A program made the position numbers and the translations under genes. Below the pieces are notes generated by a model, which was not told the DNA's origin, did no database searches, and saw only the letters and a program-made list of their open reading frames with translations. A stretch of 53,719 bases of DNA from a virus (lineage: Duplodnaviria; Caudoviricetes). This document shows positions 1 through 10,464 of this stretch, piece after piece (positions within the stretch are counted from its first letter, which is position 1; each line of letters opens with the position of its first letter). The stretch covers positions 1-53,719 of the IMG/VR virus record IMGVR_UViG_3300025704_000035; one strand, given 5' to 3'.

Positions 1-367
1 GGGTCTCTTCCCAGTTCTCGTAAAACTCGAATCGGTCTGCATAATCTGAGGGCGACTCAAAGAAACCACCAACTAACGGGAGGTCTTGCTTACGGTAGTC
101 TTCGTCAGAAAGCATACGACCTGCAATATCAGTTGTCTGGCTACCAAATCGACCCAAGCCGCCAAGGAAATATTCATAAGCATATTGCATCTTATCTGGA
201 TTGATAGACATGGAACCGTCTCGGTACTTGTCACCCCCAGTAGCATCGTTGAGGAACTCAGCCGGAACAGTAAACATCTTGTCGGTTGATCTTCGAGAGT
301 TATAAGCATTGGCTCGCTCAACAAACAATGGGTTTTGCTCTATGTAGATATCACTGCCAAAGAAGTT
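1..367. repeat. Terminal direct repeat, left copy (circular overlap with 53353-53719)
   Basis: 367 bp align without gaps to the last 367 bp, with 9 substitutions. Confidence 0.97.
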
Positions 368-3300
368 TTTGTTTGCCATCATATCTAAATGAAGCTCTAG
401 CAGATCAGGATAGAAACCTCTTGCCGCATCTTCCCAGTTATCGCCTGCTGATGGTGCAACAGGTACAAAGTTGAGCAGAAAGTTTTCCCAAAGATGCACG
501 GCAGTTTCATCCATAGTGCTAACACCAAGCGACACTTCTGTGGCAAGTCTGCCTATGTTGGTAAAAAAGTTATAGCCATAAGAGGCTGGTAAGGCAAAGC
601 CTTCTTCATCGTTATACATAAACAAGAGGGATCTGTTCTTGGCATGCTCGGGTAAATCTGCATATCTATTCTCATCGTCTTCGTCATCTTCAGAAGATAA
701 TATGTTCCATGCCGCTAGAGCTACACCAATGGCAACCATACCCATCGCCGCTTGTCTCGCAGTAGTTGTACCCTTTTCGCCCTTACCTTTACCGTCATCG
801 GATAAAGCCTGAGCAATGTTCACGTTACCCTGAACAGCCGCGTTGAAGAACAGGTAACCTGCGTTAACAACCGCAGTGCTTTCGCCTTTACGATTGAAGT
901 TAACGGTTAAGTCTTTTGCTAATGTAGCCGCATCTTCTCTAGGTGCGCCAGCTTTGCGAGCCTCTATATAGGCTGAAAAACGAATTGCGTTTTCTGTTGT
1001 TACGTTAAAGTCTTCAACCCACTTCCCTAAAGCTTTAGCCGCTTGACGAGCAAGTCCTCGCTTCATTTTGTTTTTAAGTATACGCATCTGCTCATCTGTA
1101 TCACGGACAAGCATCATACCCGTAGGCGCTCCGTCTTCTATATATTCTAATATATACTTTTGCATTTCATCGCCCATCTTAGCCGCAACATCCTTGCCAC
1201 GGTAATGACGATACAAAGTTCTCATCGCAGGGAAATATCCTTCAGCCATTTTGCCGATGATATTTTCACCCTGAATGCGACTACCGTTCTTATCCATTTC
1301 GCCCAAGGCATACATCAACCCTGTTTGAACGTCGCGAATAGGGTTAATCAATCCCCATGACGGGTTATAGTTAATAAGCATATTTCGACGGAAAGTCTGG
1401 AATCGAGTCGCCAGTGTTAGAGCTTTATCCATAGCCGAATTAGATCGATCAAATGCATCGACACTCATGTTTTGTAGTGAGTGGTTTAAAGCGTCACTTT
1501 TAAACTCAACAAAGAATGTCTGTCCACCCTTCTTAACCTGTACATATTTCGGCTCACCATTTGGACGGGTATCTCTCTCCATCTCTTTAAGATCTTGCTG
1601 AGTAAGCTCGTCACTATCTTTCATGGGGCGGAACTTGTTGTTATATATCGTATAGGAGTCGCTGTTACCCAGTTCGCTAAGAAGATCTAATAAGGTTTGG
1701 GCGTATTCATTTTTTCTCGCCCGAATAATTTTTTTCTGGATATCTTCAAACGACTGCATCAAAGGGCTCATAGGTAGCGTCTTACGACCTCTAGCCTTTA
1801 AGCTTTCGCTTCCTACTACAGAGTAACCACGAGCCTTAGACGCTCTTACAAACTGATCTCCATCTGCCTCCGCCGCAAAACCCTTCAGTGGAACGTAAAA
1901 CCTGAAGGTATCTTCCCAGTCCTCTTTAGAAGCCTGATCTAGCAAGCCCGATTCAACCATTCTGCTTCTGGCGGCATCATGCATCTCATAAACCATGGAT
2001 GCGATACGCTCTAAATCTGCTTGAGTGCCTTCTTGCTCTGCAATCTTGAGTACCTTTCGAGCTTCCACATAGGTCATGCCTGAACCGGTATCTTGAAAGG
2101 CTAAAGGTAGATCATTGTATTGCTTAAGTTTTTCCCTGAGGTTAGCAATTTGCACAGAGTGATCAACACCCGCATCCTCTTCTAGCTTAGCAATTGCCTG
2201 TTCTGTTCGGGCTATATTTTTAGCGCGTTGCGCGGCTACCTTCTCGGCAATAACGTCGTTACGCTCTTCAGCATGTTTAGCTATAAGATAGGTGTCCACA
2301 GCATCAACTGTGTAACCTAGCTCTGCAATAACATCACCTAAAGGATCGACAAATTCAGCGTGAAAGTTATCAAGATCAGTCTGGACCCGACCATGAGATA
2401 AGTTTTCCTGATCACGTGGAGATATAGCCGCAGGCAGTCTACCTACGTTTAAGTATTCTGCCGCCTGCATTTCAAAGTCTTCAAGTCGTGCATATCGATC
2501 AACAAGACTTCTATAGATAGCTTTGTCTTTTAGTCTTCTTACTAGGTCAGACTGTGAATCTATTTCATCGTTGTAAGAAAATTGGCTTGTAGATGGTGAT
2601 CCGTCATCTAGCTTGTTCAACTCTTTGTTGATTTGCTTTTTCTTAATAAAGGCAAAGTCTTCTACGTCAGCGTACTTAGCATCCTTAACAATGACTAAGT
2701 TACCTACCTGTATAGCTTCACTGAAACTCTCGACAGGTTGCTGTTTCTCTAGGTCGTAGTAGAAAGAATGACGCTCAGGATTCATCGATACCTGAGTCCA
2801 CTCTGGATCCTTAACAAACTTTTTAAAGTCAGCAACATTCTGTTCATGTGTAAGAGCTGTGCCATCTTCCTTCTGCCCTACATAATCACCTTCCATTGTG
2901 GCTATAGTGTTCTTGTCTGCACCAAGAGCAATCTTAACTGCTCCTTTTTCTGGTACAGCGAACACACCATTTTTGAGACGAATGGTTGGATAGTAACCAA
3001 GACGCTTACCAGCTGAACCTGCTTTAGCATTAGGTCTGGATACATGAACAGTAACTATGTCTGCTCGCTCATCTTTGGCTAGCGTTTTACTGTTGTATGA
3101 AGGAATGTCTAAGCGAGAGCCGTAACGTACACCATGCTCTAAAACGTCCGCTTTCCAGTACGTTTCTTTGGTTGGTGTATTGGGCTTCTCTCTATTTGTT
3201 TTCTTTAGAGCATTAACAAACTTTTGTTCTGATGGTAGCTCAGGAACCATGTCTGCTGTCATAGGTGCAACAAAGCGACCCTGATCTTCAAATACCTGAT

Positions 3301-6300
3301 TCAGTTCTTCTGCTGTTATGTCTCTATCTATACGAGACTGTACGGCATCCTTCATTGTTTGATTGATTCGGTTTTGTTCGGGGCGGATTCTTTCTTCCCC
3401 GCCTCGCTGAATTTTTACAGCGTCGTCATAGCTTTCTGCTACAACGCCATCTTCCCTAGAGTACTTACCAAAGTACTCTGGGTTGTGACGCATAAAGACA
3501 ACATCAGGTTCGCCGCCTTTAAACATGGCAAACGTTTTCTTGTCCCATCCATCTGGCGCTTGAGAGTCATCCCACTTAATACGTGAGACAGCCTCGAAGC
3601 CTAGGTTCTTATAAATATATGGAAGAGTGGTATCAAAAGCATCCAAATACTTTGCTCCGTCCTCTATTGCCAGTGACCCTAAGGCGTATGTAGTGTTTGG
3701 ATTTGTGCCATCGCTAAATAGTGAAACGATCTCGTCACCATTTCTTAATGCCAACCCTGCCGTACCGTCGTCAGTGACGTACAGGGTCATATCTTGATAG
3801 TCGGACTCTGGGTAAACATACACCGACGCACCAAAGCGTGAAGACTCTTTAGACGCTTTGATTTTATCGCTAAAGAATTTAACCGTTTCTGGTGTGCTTT
3901 CTAGCTCTAGAACTGTTCGTGAGTAGCTGTCTACTGATGCGAGATCCTGAGCAACTGACGGCTCTAACTCTCGCTTATAGGCATTGAACGTTTGACCGTC
4001 TAGGTCAACTTGAGCATATCCACTAGGTCTTGCTCTGAAGCGTCTGGGTAGTCCGCCTTGATTTCCTCTACCGTCTCCCTGTACGCCTCTGGAACCACGA
4101 AGCCTGTTGTAGGTTGCGATTCTTCTGCGCTGTCCGCTGATATCGGTTGCGTCGTAGTCAGTAGCTCTTTCAGGAGCATACTCTCTTTCAACTGCCTTTC
4201 TTTCAGCGTTAGATTCGACGAGGGCGTCGAGCTTTTGTCTGTCAACTTGTTCTGCTTCATACCAAGGAGATCCTTTATCGTAGTCGGTTACCTTGAAACC
4301 TTTAGGTATTACACCGTTCTTAGACTTTTTAACTTCTTTTAAGAAGTCGCCAAATTGTTTAGTGCTAAACTTGTAAACATCACCGTTAGACTTTGAGTAT
4401 AGTATATACGGGTTTGTATCTTCATCTCTAGCGTAGATAGCACCAAATCTATAAAGGTCACCCTTACCTTCAGGAGCGCCCAAGAAAGCATAAGGACTAT
4501 CTTCACCCTTAGCATCTTTCTCAAGACCCTGCATTGTCGGGTGAGCAACAACCTGCCCTGAATTTAATACCCAACTTTCCCAGTGATAGCGACCAACAGA
4601 AGCATCTTGCTCTCTGCCTAGCCCTTTATATAGGTCTGTGATTTTTGTTTGAAGAGCATTCTCCAAAGCCTCATATCTTGCTAGCCCATGGAAGCCACTG
4701 AACTCATCAGCAATGTCATCATAAATTAACTTGCCGTAACGTCCAGAATCCCACATAGAGTTAAGCTGTATGCGGTCTAAGATAACCACATCATCTCTAC
4801 CCATCATCAGCATCATGAAAGAGAATACTTTGTTGTCTATTCCAGAGCCCTGCACTTGAGCTTGGAACTGACGGCGTACCTCAAAAGACGGAATGCTTGA
4901 ATCTGCTAGCGTGTTATGTAGGTTTTGAAGCTTAGATACACCGTCAACCTGTTCGCTCATCTTCATTAGAAGCGGAAAGAAATCATTGGCATTCGAGGTT
5001 GCGCTCTTACCAAAGGATCCCTCGGGTATAGCGGTCTTAACTTCAGCTATCCATTTGCCTTTGTCATTAGCGTCGATGGTTCCATTTAGAGTTTTCTGAA
5101 TCAGATCCTGAGTCATCTCAGTACCTGTTACAAGATCAACGTATGCCGCCTCTTGAGAGCTAGCAGTTAGTCTTCTAGACAGTAATCCCCACAACAATAA
5201 CTTAGCCGTTGTATCAGGGGTTGCAACACCATTAGCGTATAACTCACCCATTCTTTTCGCAGTATCTAAGCCATTCTTGGCGGCTAATCTTTGCTCTGTA
5301 GTTAACTGAGAGTGACGGTCAACCCATCCATCCATGTTATTGAACAGGTTGATTAAGCCATACGGGGGTGCTAAGTGTGTGTTTTGACCAGTAAGCGATC
5401 TTTCAAACGAGCGCCAAGCATCAGTGCTACTGAGTGCATTGGGGTTACTATCGATGATTGTTTGAAGTCTGCGAATGCTTTCTTCTGCATTCTTGGGGTT
5501 GAGCTTCTTAACAGGAACTTGCTTCTTATCCGAAACATCTCCCTTGGAATCTTCTAATAAATACTCTGCGCCTTTCTTAATGAATCCCATATCATCAAGA
5601 TCAGAAAGGTCGTCATCAATTAAGTCAGCATCGTCGTCTAGATCACCAAGCTCTTGTTCCACCAACTTGGCTTCTTGTTCTTGCTCGATCTCGTTTAGGA
5701 TGTCTTGTTGAATAAACTTGTCGCCATTCATCACAACTAAGTCTTCCGCCTCTACATCTTTATCAAGCAATTGTTCTTTAAGGTTTTCAAATTGGTTGTC
5801 TTCTAGACGCTTAAACTTCTTACGAAGAGTTTTCTCTGTAGCACCCTCTTTGTCAGCAATAAACGACCACGCATCAGTGACAGTGTCTTTGCTTACAAGA
5901 GGATCTAGCGGGGTGTTGTATGATTTTTCTCCCGCCTCAATTAATTTTGCGCGGTGATCCACGATAGCTTGTATCGCATCATTCTTAGTTTCGCCTAGGT
6001 ACTCGACCTTACCATCTAGCGACTCTAACTCTGTAGCGTCGCCAACCTCTGCGGCATAGTCATCGTAATAAACTCGGTATCTGTCACCATCAGGAAATGC
6101 AACTAAGTACTCTCCTGTATCTTCGTAGTTCTCAGATTTTTTGAATCGCGGTTTTTTGCTGTGCGGTTTGAGGGTTACTTCGGTGCGTGGCTCTTCAGCT
6201 ACGACAGGTTCTTGTACCTCTGGTCGTTCACGTTCCCCACCTTCGTCTTGCTCCGATCTCTCCATTGAGGTATCGGCTCGTTCTTGGCTAGCGCTTCCTT

Positions 6301-8932
6301 CGCTATCTGATCTAGCTGGGGTAGGCTGAACTGCCTCGAGGCTTCCGGACTCTGGCGGTGCCCGAACTTGTCCTGATATTCCTGAAGGTTGGGTGGTGTT
6401 TTGGGGGCTGACACTACTCGACGGTTCATCTTGTACCTCTGCCTGTGCAGTCTGTAAGTTTTTGTCACGTATATCTTTTATGTAATTATACGCCTGTGGA
6501 GCAAATTCTTGTAGTTGTTTTGGGTTGCTGTGAAACATTGCCCCAAGCTGAGCAAAGACCTCTTCTCTATATGTGGTGTTTAAACTCTGGTTATCCTGCT
6601 CAAGATCAGCAATGTCTATTTTTAGATCATTAAAAGGATAGTCAAAGCGTTTCCCGAGGTCTGTTCCTTTCTCCCAATTATCATAGATCTCTTCCATGAT
6701 ATCGCCCATAACAACCGTTGGTGCCTCAGCATCGTCTTCAATTGTTATATCGAACCGCGAGTCTTTATCACTTAATCCGTAAGCATAGTCTGCCGCATGG
6801 TAAACCTCATGGGTCATTGTCCATGCTAACTCACGCAACTGTTCTTGATCTGTCATAGCGCCGTCAATCAACTGCGTGTTAACAGATATTCCTCTGCTAC
6901 CTTTTCCTGTAAGAGCTGGTGCAGTTACATCCTGATCCGTATGAACAAACACACCTGAAACTGCATCTACAAATGACGTGGGAACACCCTGTGCTGACAG
7001 GTCAGCCATCACACCACCTATGGTGTTTGTCACTGCCTCTGACTTATCACCGTATACCTCTTCAACTGTTGGTAAGCTTTTACCTTTTGGTTTAGCGGCA
7101 GTTCCAATTTTAAGGGTTTCGTTTCTATCGAAAACTCGGTCAATGTCGTCTTGATCAATTGGCTCAACCACAACATCGGTATTGTTTGGGTCTAGTGCTT
7201 CAGGAGTTTGCGCTACTCTTGACACCTCTAGAAGCTGATCTTGCACAGGGGTAGATGCATCTGTAAGTGAAGCATCCCACTTATGCTCGTGACCATACTC
7301 TCGAGCGCCTTCTGGCACCTCTCTAGCACCAAGTACTGGAGCTGATGGAGAATCACCCACCTCATCCGCAACCGGTTCCTGAATAACGCTCTGCTCTTCT
7401 ACTACCGTGTTAGCTTGTTGAGTGTCGCCATCGCCAAGATTTATCGAGCCACTATTGCTAGGCTCTGTGTAGGTTATGGATAGATCATCACCCTTGCCTA
7501 AATCAACGTTTAGGTTTGCAGGGTTGAAGTCATCTCCGTACTGAATCTTTAGCTGTTCAGTCGCCTGATCTATGTTTTGTTGTTGGACAGGATTTGGAGT
7601 CTGCTCTATAACTGACACACCTGTTACACGACCATCAGAATCTACTGTGGAAATTGTTGTTCCGTCATTATATTTGTTAAAGGTGTCTGCAATGTACTGT
7701 CTTCGTTCTTGCGGTGTAGCGTCTGGGGTTACATCGCGCATAGCGTCGAAGTTTGGAGCATTATCCAACTGATCGTATCCGCCTCTAGCTTTTTTAACAG
7801 AAGCAGAGGCAGTGCCTATGGCTTTACCACCCATAACGCCTGCCGCAACGCTATTAATTAATCCACTTCGTTTGTTCTCGTTTGCAATGTAGTCCATATA
7901 CTCAATTGCTTCTTTCTCTGTGAAGTTGTTATTCACATAAGCAACTGTTTCCTGCTCGACAATAAACTGAAGACCCTCTGTCATACCCTCTATGCCACTG
8001 ACCTTTCCAATGTCTTTAAGATATTCTTTGACCCAAGGCTTGTTTACTCCCGCCTGTAAAACCTCAATTGCTTCGCCTCTCAGGTTCGCAGGAATCATGT
8101 TTTCTAAAACTTTAAAGGCAGGAATTGCGTTTAGTCCACCCTGAACAAGACCTGAGGTTAAGGAGATGAAAGGCGCCTCTTCACCGGTATCTGTCAATAC
8201 CTTCGCAAATGTATTACCTGAACCCTGCGCGGTACCATAAACTACAGCACCGGCTGTTCCGGCTTTTAGAGATATCTGTTTTAGTTTAGCTTCCGCGAAC
8301 TTTTCAGCAACATCTGCGGCTACCTTATCCGCCGCCTCTTTTTCAAATCCGTCTTTAACAAGCTGATCTCTTCCGTTCTGCACATACTTATCAGCAAGCT
8401 TTTTAATTGATGCTTTAGCGCCTGCTTTTGCAATAGCTGATCCGGCGCCCATAGTTCCAACAGCACCAACTAAATCTGGAACCAGTGTACCTAAGGTATA
8501 TGCTGACCATGCCCCAAAATCTGCAATGCTGTTAATATCCTCAACCTTCATTACATCACCGGCTGATTCCTTGGCTTCAGCAGTTTGCTCTTGGTAGTAA
8601 GCCATACCCTCCTTGACCCACTCTTCTTTGCCAAACGCTGAGCCTGCTAAGGCTTTTAAGCCCCCGCCTAATGCTTGCGTTTGATCTATGCCGGCGCTTA
8701 GACCGCGAGTAAAGTTGTTAGGTTGACCGTCAAGCTGTGGAGCTTGATCAGGTTCACGAGTATAGGTTCCCGATAAAGGATCTGAGTTATCGGCGGATGT
8801 AGGGTCCGTAATGGGATCTGGGTTCAGTGCAGGATCTAGAGTTTCTGTTGGCGACTGGGCACCTTCCAGCTCCTCATAGACGTCCTCGTAATACCCTTGC
8901 TTTGAATACAGCTTTACCGAATTAAGTGGCAT
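1..8932 (-). CDS. Giant polyvalent / ejected internal virion protein, 5' part (~3,077 aa including the continuation to 53051)
   Basis: ATG at 8932 (MPLNSVKLYSK...). Spot translations along the region stay in one frame, which matches the 53051-53680 ORF across the junction (9,234 nt, divisible by 3). It is absent from the ORF track, consistent with no stop before the edge. Motifs: HEVYH zincin, HhH-like, GNAT-like, LPD38-like C-terminus (MLINYNPSWGLINP, DLTVNFNRKG). Confidence 0.88.
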   Translation of the reverse strand, partial: MPLNSVKLYSKQGYYEDVYEELEGAQSPTETLDPALNPDPITDPTSADNSDPLSGTYTREPDQAPQLDGQPNNFTRGLSAGIDQTQALGGGLKALAGSAFGKEEWVKEGMAYYQEQTAEAKESAGDVMKVEDINSIADFGAWSAYTLGTLVPDLVGAVGTMGAGSAIAKAGAKASIKKLADKYVQNGRDQLVKDGFEKEAADKVAADVAEKFAEAKLKQISLKAGTAGAVVYGTAQGSGNTFAKVLTDTGEEAPFISLTSGLVQGGLNAIPAFKVLENMIPANLRGEAIEVLQAGVNKPWVKEYLKDIGKVSGIEGMTEGLQFIVEQETVAYVNNNFTEKEAIEYMDYIANENKRSGLINSVAAGVMGGKAIGTASASVKKARGGYDQLDNAPNFDAMRDVTPDATPQERRQYIADTFNKYNDGTTISTVDSDGRVTGVSVIEQTPNPVQQQNIDQATEQLKIQYGDDFNPANLNVDLGKGDDLSITYTEPSNSGSINLGDGDTQQANTVVEEQSVIQEPVADEVGDSPSAPVLGAREVPEGAREYGHEHKWDASLTDASTPVQDQLLEVSRVAQTPEALDPNNTDVVVEPIDQDDIDRVFDRNETLKIGTAAKPKGKSLPTVEEVYGDKSEAVTNTIGGVMADLSAQGVPTSFVDAVSGVFVHTDQDVTAPALTGKGSRGISVNTQLIDGAMTDQEQLRELAWTMTHEVYHAADYAYGLSDKDSRFDITIEDDAEAPTVVMGDIMEEIYDNWEKGTDLGKRFDYPFNDLKIDIADLEQDNQSLNTTYREEVFAQLGAMFHSNPKQLQEFAPQAYNYIKDIRDKNLQTAQAEVQDEPSSSVSPQNTTQPSGISGQVRAPPESGSLEAVQPTPARSDSEGSASQERADTSMERSEQDEGGERERPEVQEPVVAEEPRTEVTLKPHSKKPRFKKSENYEDTGEYLVAFPDGDRYRVYYDDYAAEVGDATELESLDGKVEYLGETKNDAIQAIVDHRAKLIEAGEKSYNTPLDPLVSKDTVTDAWSFIADKEGATEKTLRKKFKRLEDNQFENLKEQLLDKDVEAEDLVVMNGDKFIQQDILNEIEQEQEAKLVEQELGDLDDDADLIDDDLSDLDDMGFIKKGAEYLLEDSKGDVSDKKQVPVKKLNPKNAEESIRRLQTIIDSNPNALSSTDAWRSFERSLTGQNTHLAPPYGLINLFNNMDGWVDRHSQLTTEQRLAAKNGLDTAKRMGELYANGVATPDTTAKLLLWGLLSRRLTASSQEAAYVDLVTGTEMTQDLIQKTLNGTIDANDKGKWIAEVKTAIPEGSFGKSATSNANDFFPLLMKMSEQVDGVSKLQNLHNTLADSSIPSFEVRRQFQAQVQGSGIDNKVFSFMMLMMGRDDVVILDRIQLNSMWDSGRYGKLIYDDIADEFSGFHGLARYEALENALQTKITDLYKGLGREQDASVGRYHWESWVLNSGQVVAHPTMQGLEKDAKGEDSPYAFLGAPEGKGDLYRFGAIYARDEDTNPYILYSKSNGDVYKFSTKQFGDFLKEVKKSKNGVIPKGFKVTDYDKGSPWYEAEQVDRQKLDALVESNAERKAVEREYAPERATDYDATDISGQRRRIATYNRLRGSRGVQGDGRGNQGGLPRRFRARPSGYAQVDLDGQTFNAYKRELEPSVAQDLASVDSYSRTVLELESTPETVKFFSDKIKASKESSRFGASVYVYPESDYQDMTLYVTDDGTAGLALRNGDEIVSLFSDGTNPNTTYALGSLAIEDGAKYLDAFDTTLPYIYKNLGFEAVSRIKWDDSQAPDGWDKKTFAMFKGGEPDVVFMRHNPEYFGKYSREDGVVAESYDDAVKIQRGGEERIRPEQNRINQTMKDAVQSRIDRDITAEELNQVFEDQGRFVAPMTADMVPELPSEQKFVNALKKTNREKPNTPTKETYWKADVLEHGVRYGSRLDIPSYNSKTLAKDERADIVTVHVSRPNAKAGSAGKRLGYYPTIRLKNGVFAVPEKGAVKIALGADKNTIATMEGDYVGQKEDGTALTHEQNVADFKKFVKDPEWTQVSMNPERHSFYYDLEKQQPVESFSEAIQVGNLVIVKDAKYADVEDFAFIKKKQINKELNKLDDGSPSTSQFSYNDEIDSQSDLVRRLKDKAIYRSLVDRYARLEDFEMQAAEYLNVGRLPAAISPRDQENLSHGRVQTDLDNFHAEFVDPLGDVIAELGYTVDAVDTYLIAKHAEERNDVIAEKVAAQRAKNIARTEQAIAKLEEDAGVDHSVQIANLREKLKQYNDLPLAFQDTGSGMTYVEARKVLKIAEQEGTQADLERIASMVYEMHDAARSRMVESGLLDQASKEDWEDTFRFYVPLKGFAAEADGDQFVRASKARGYSVVGSESLKARGRKTLPMSPLMQSFEDIQKKIIRARKNEYAQTLLDLLSELGNSDSYTIYNNKFRPMKDSDELTQQDLKEMERDTRPNGEPKYVQVKKGGQTFFVEFKSDALNHSLQNMSVDAFDRSNSAMDKALTLATRFQTFRRNMLINYNPSWGLINPIRDVQTGLMYALGEMDKNGSRIQGENIIGKMAEGYFPAMRTLYRHYRGKDVAAKMGDEMQKYILEYIEDGAPTGMMLVRDTDEQMRILKNKMKRGLARQAAKALGKWVEDFNVTTENAIRFSAYIEARKAGAPREDAATLAKDLTVNFNRKGESTAVVNAGYLFFNAAVQGNVNIAQALSDDGKGKGEKGTTTARQAAMGMVAIGVALAAWNILSSEDDEDDENRYADLPEHAKNRSLLFMYNDEEGFALPASYGYNFFTNIGRLATEVSLGVSTMDETAVHLWENFLLNFVPVAPSAGDNWEDAARGFYPDLLELHLDMMANKNFFGSDIYIEQNPLFVERANAYNSRRSTDKMFTVPAEFLNDATGGDKYRDGSMSINPDKMQYAYEYFLGGLGRFGSQTTDIAGRMLSDEDYRKQDLPLVGGFFESPSDYADRFEFYENWEET

Positions 8933-8943
8933 TGATTAGCCTT

Positions 8944-10455
8944 TTACTTAATGAATTGAAGTGCTTGTAGCTGGGCGATTAAACCTTGCTCATCAGATAT
9001 TGTTCCGTCTGGATTATAAAAGCCCTGAAGGATTGAGACGTTTTGCGGTGTCCACTGCCCCTTAACAACGCCGCCTAGGTTTGTCTTGAAGCCATTAGGC
9101 ATTGGCATGTCGTTCAGTGCTGTAGATGTCTCTTGGAACCACTCGCTAACGCGAACATTATCCTGCTTCTTGTTCTGTGGACCATAAAGAATCTCATGTT
9201 CTATTTGGCGCCGATATTTGTCTGTATCAGCAAAGGCTAATTTTTCCGAGACGGTGGCGCTTGTCAAGTCCTCCATAAATGGAAGCGATGTTGGCGAGGC
9301 GCCGTTTTGAATACCCTTGCGAACCTGCTCCAAACGTCGATCCACAGCCACACCAAAAGCATCCATACCGCTTTTCCCTTTACCATCGCCATAGATTGTT
9401 TTAATTTTTGCTTCTTTTGCATGTTTTTCTATTCGTGGAGCAACACTCCGAACCATGTGAGACGTACCCGCCGTCGCTTGCATAGCCTCATCAAAGCTAA
9501 GAGTAAGTGCCTTGTTGTCACCCATGCTTCTGTTTGCGGTTAGCGGCGGAAAGTAGGGGTAGATGTCACCCGTCTTTTGGTTCTTGACCATGACATACAT
9601 AGTCCCACCAAACTGCTGTCCATCGTATGAGCCAATTTCATGGAGACCTTGACTCACGATCTTGTGATTCCCGTCCTTCATCCAGTCGGGAGCGTTAACG
9701 AACGTATCGTCTAGAGTTCTTCCCACAGCCGCAGACTTGCCTACACCCAACATGTCATCAAAAGCACCAACAAGCTCAGGAGTCATTTCAGGGTTACTGC
9801 CATCAGCAAGGTTTTGCACGAAGTTCCGTACGGTGCCTATACTATCTTCTGTTGAAGGATTTAAAATGAAACCAAGATCAAAGCGACCTCCGCCTTTAAG
9901 ATCCTCTTGTCCTTGCCGAAAATATTCAAGCTCGCTTTCGCCCAAAGATCTATCCTTTGCGCCACTACTGATCTTATATAATCTGTTAAGTATCCCCGCA
10001 TTTTCGTGCTCAGCTCTTTGAGAGCCAGCAAGTATAGTTGCCTCTTTTTTTGAAGCTGTTTCAGCCTGCGTCTTATCAATTCCTGCTTGCTTCTCTTGTG
10101 ATGCCAAAGAGTTGACGTCGGTCAGTTGTTTTTGTTTTGCAAGTTCAGTATCAGCTTTGACGCCTGCTGTTTGGGCGTTGATTAGTGCAGTTTGTGAAGT
10201 TATTGCGCTTAGCGATGCTGAGGATTCGGCTGATGCTCTTTTGTAATCTAGATCTTGAGCCCTGTAATCCTGCGTGTTTTGTTCCTGTTCTTTCTGAAAA
10301 GATAGCGTATCCTGCCTGTACTGTTCATCTAGACCCTGCTTCTCTTTTTGATTTTCAAACTGCTCTTCTTTTAATCGACGACCCTTTACGCCCTCCATCA
10401 AACCGAAACCCTGCTGAAAGCCCTGTGCAAAACCGCCGTATGTGTTCAAAGCCAT
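8944..10455 (-). CDS. Putative internal virion / DNA ejection protein
   Basis: 503 aa; Gly-rich N-terminus (GGFAQGFQQGFG) then a Q/E coiled coil; lies in the ejection-protein block. Confidence 0.6.
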   Translation of the reverse strand: MALNTYGGFAQGFQQGFGLMEGVKGRRLKEEQFENQKEKQGLDEQYRQDTLSFQKEQEQNTQDYRAQDLDYKRASAESSASLSAITSQTALINAQTAGVKADTELAKQKQLTDVNSLASQEKQAGIDKTQAETASKKEATILAGSQRAEHENAGILNRLYKISSGAKDRSLGESELEYFRQGQEDLKGGGRFDLGFILNPSTEDSIGTVRNFVQNLADGSNPEMTPELVGAFDDMLGVGKSAAVGRTLDDTFVNAPDWMKDGNHKIVSQGLHEIGSYDGQQFGGTMYVMVKNQKTGDIYPYFPPLTANRSMGDNKALTLSFDEAMQATAGTSHMVRSVAPRIEKHAKEAKIKTIYGDGKGKSGMDAFGVAVDRRLEQVRKGIQNGASPTSLPFMEDLTSATVSEKLAFADTDKYRRQIEHEILYGPQNKKQDNVRVSEWFQETSTALNDMPMPNGFKTNLGGVVKGQWTPQNVSILQGFYNPDGTISDEQGLIAQLQALQFIK

Positions 10456-10464
10456 AACGAATAC

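Noticed and set aside
1-367. Diversity-generating retroelement TR/VR pair suggested by two diverged copies
   Set aside because: Substitutions are not adenine-specific (they include C/G), are all at third codon positions, the copies are the contig ends, and no reverse transcriptase is present
73-7772. Numerous short ORFs in the track across 0.1-7.8 kb
   Set aside because: They are antisense or alternate-frame shadows of the giant minus-strand ORF
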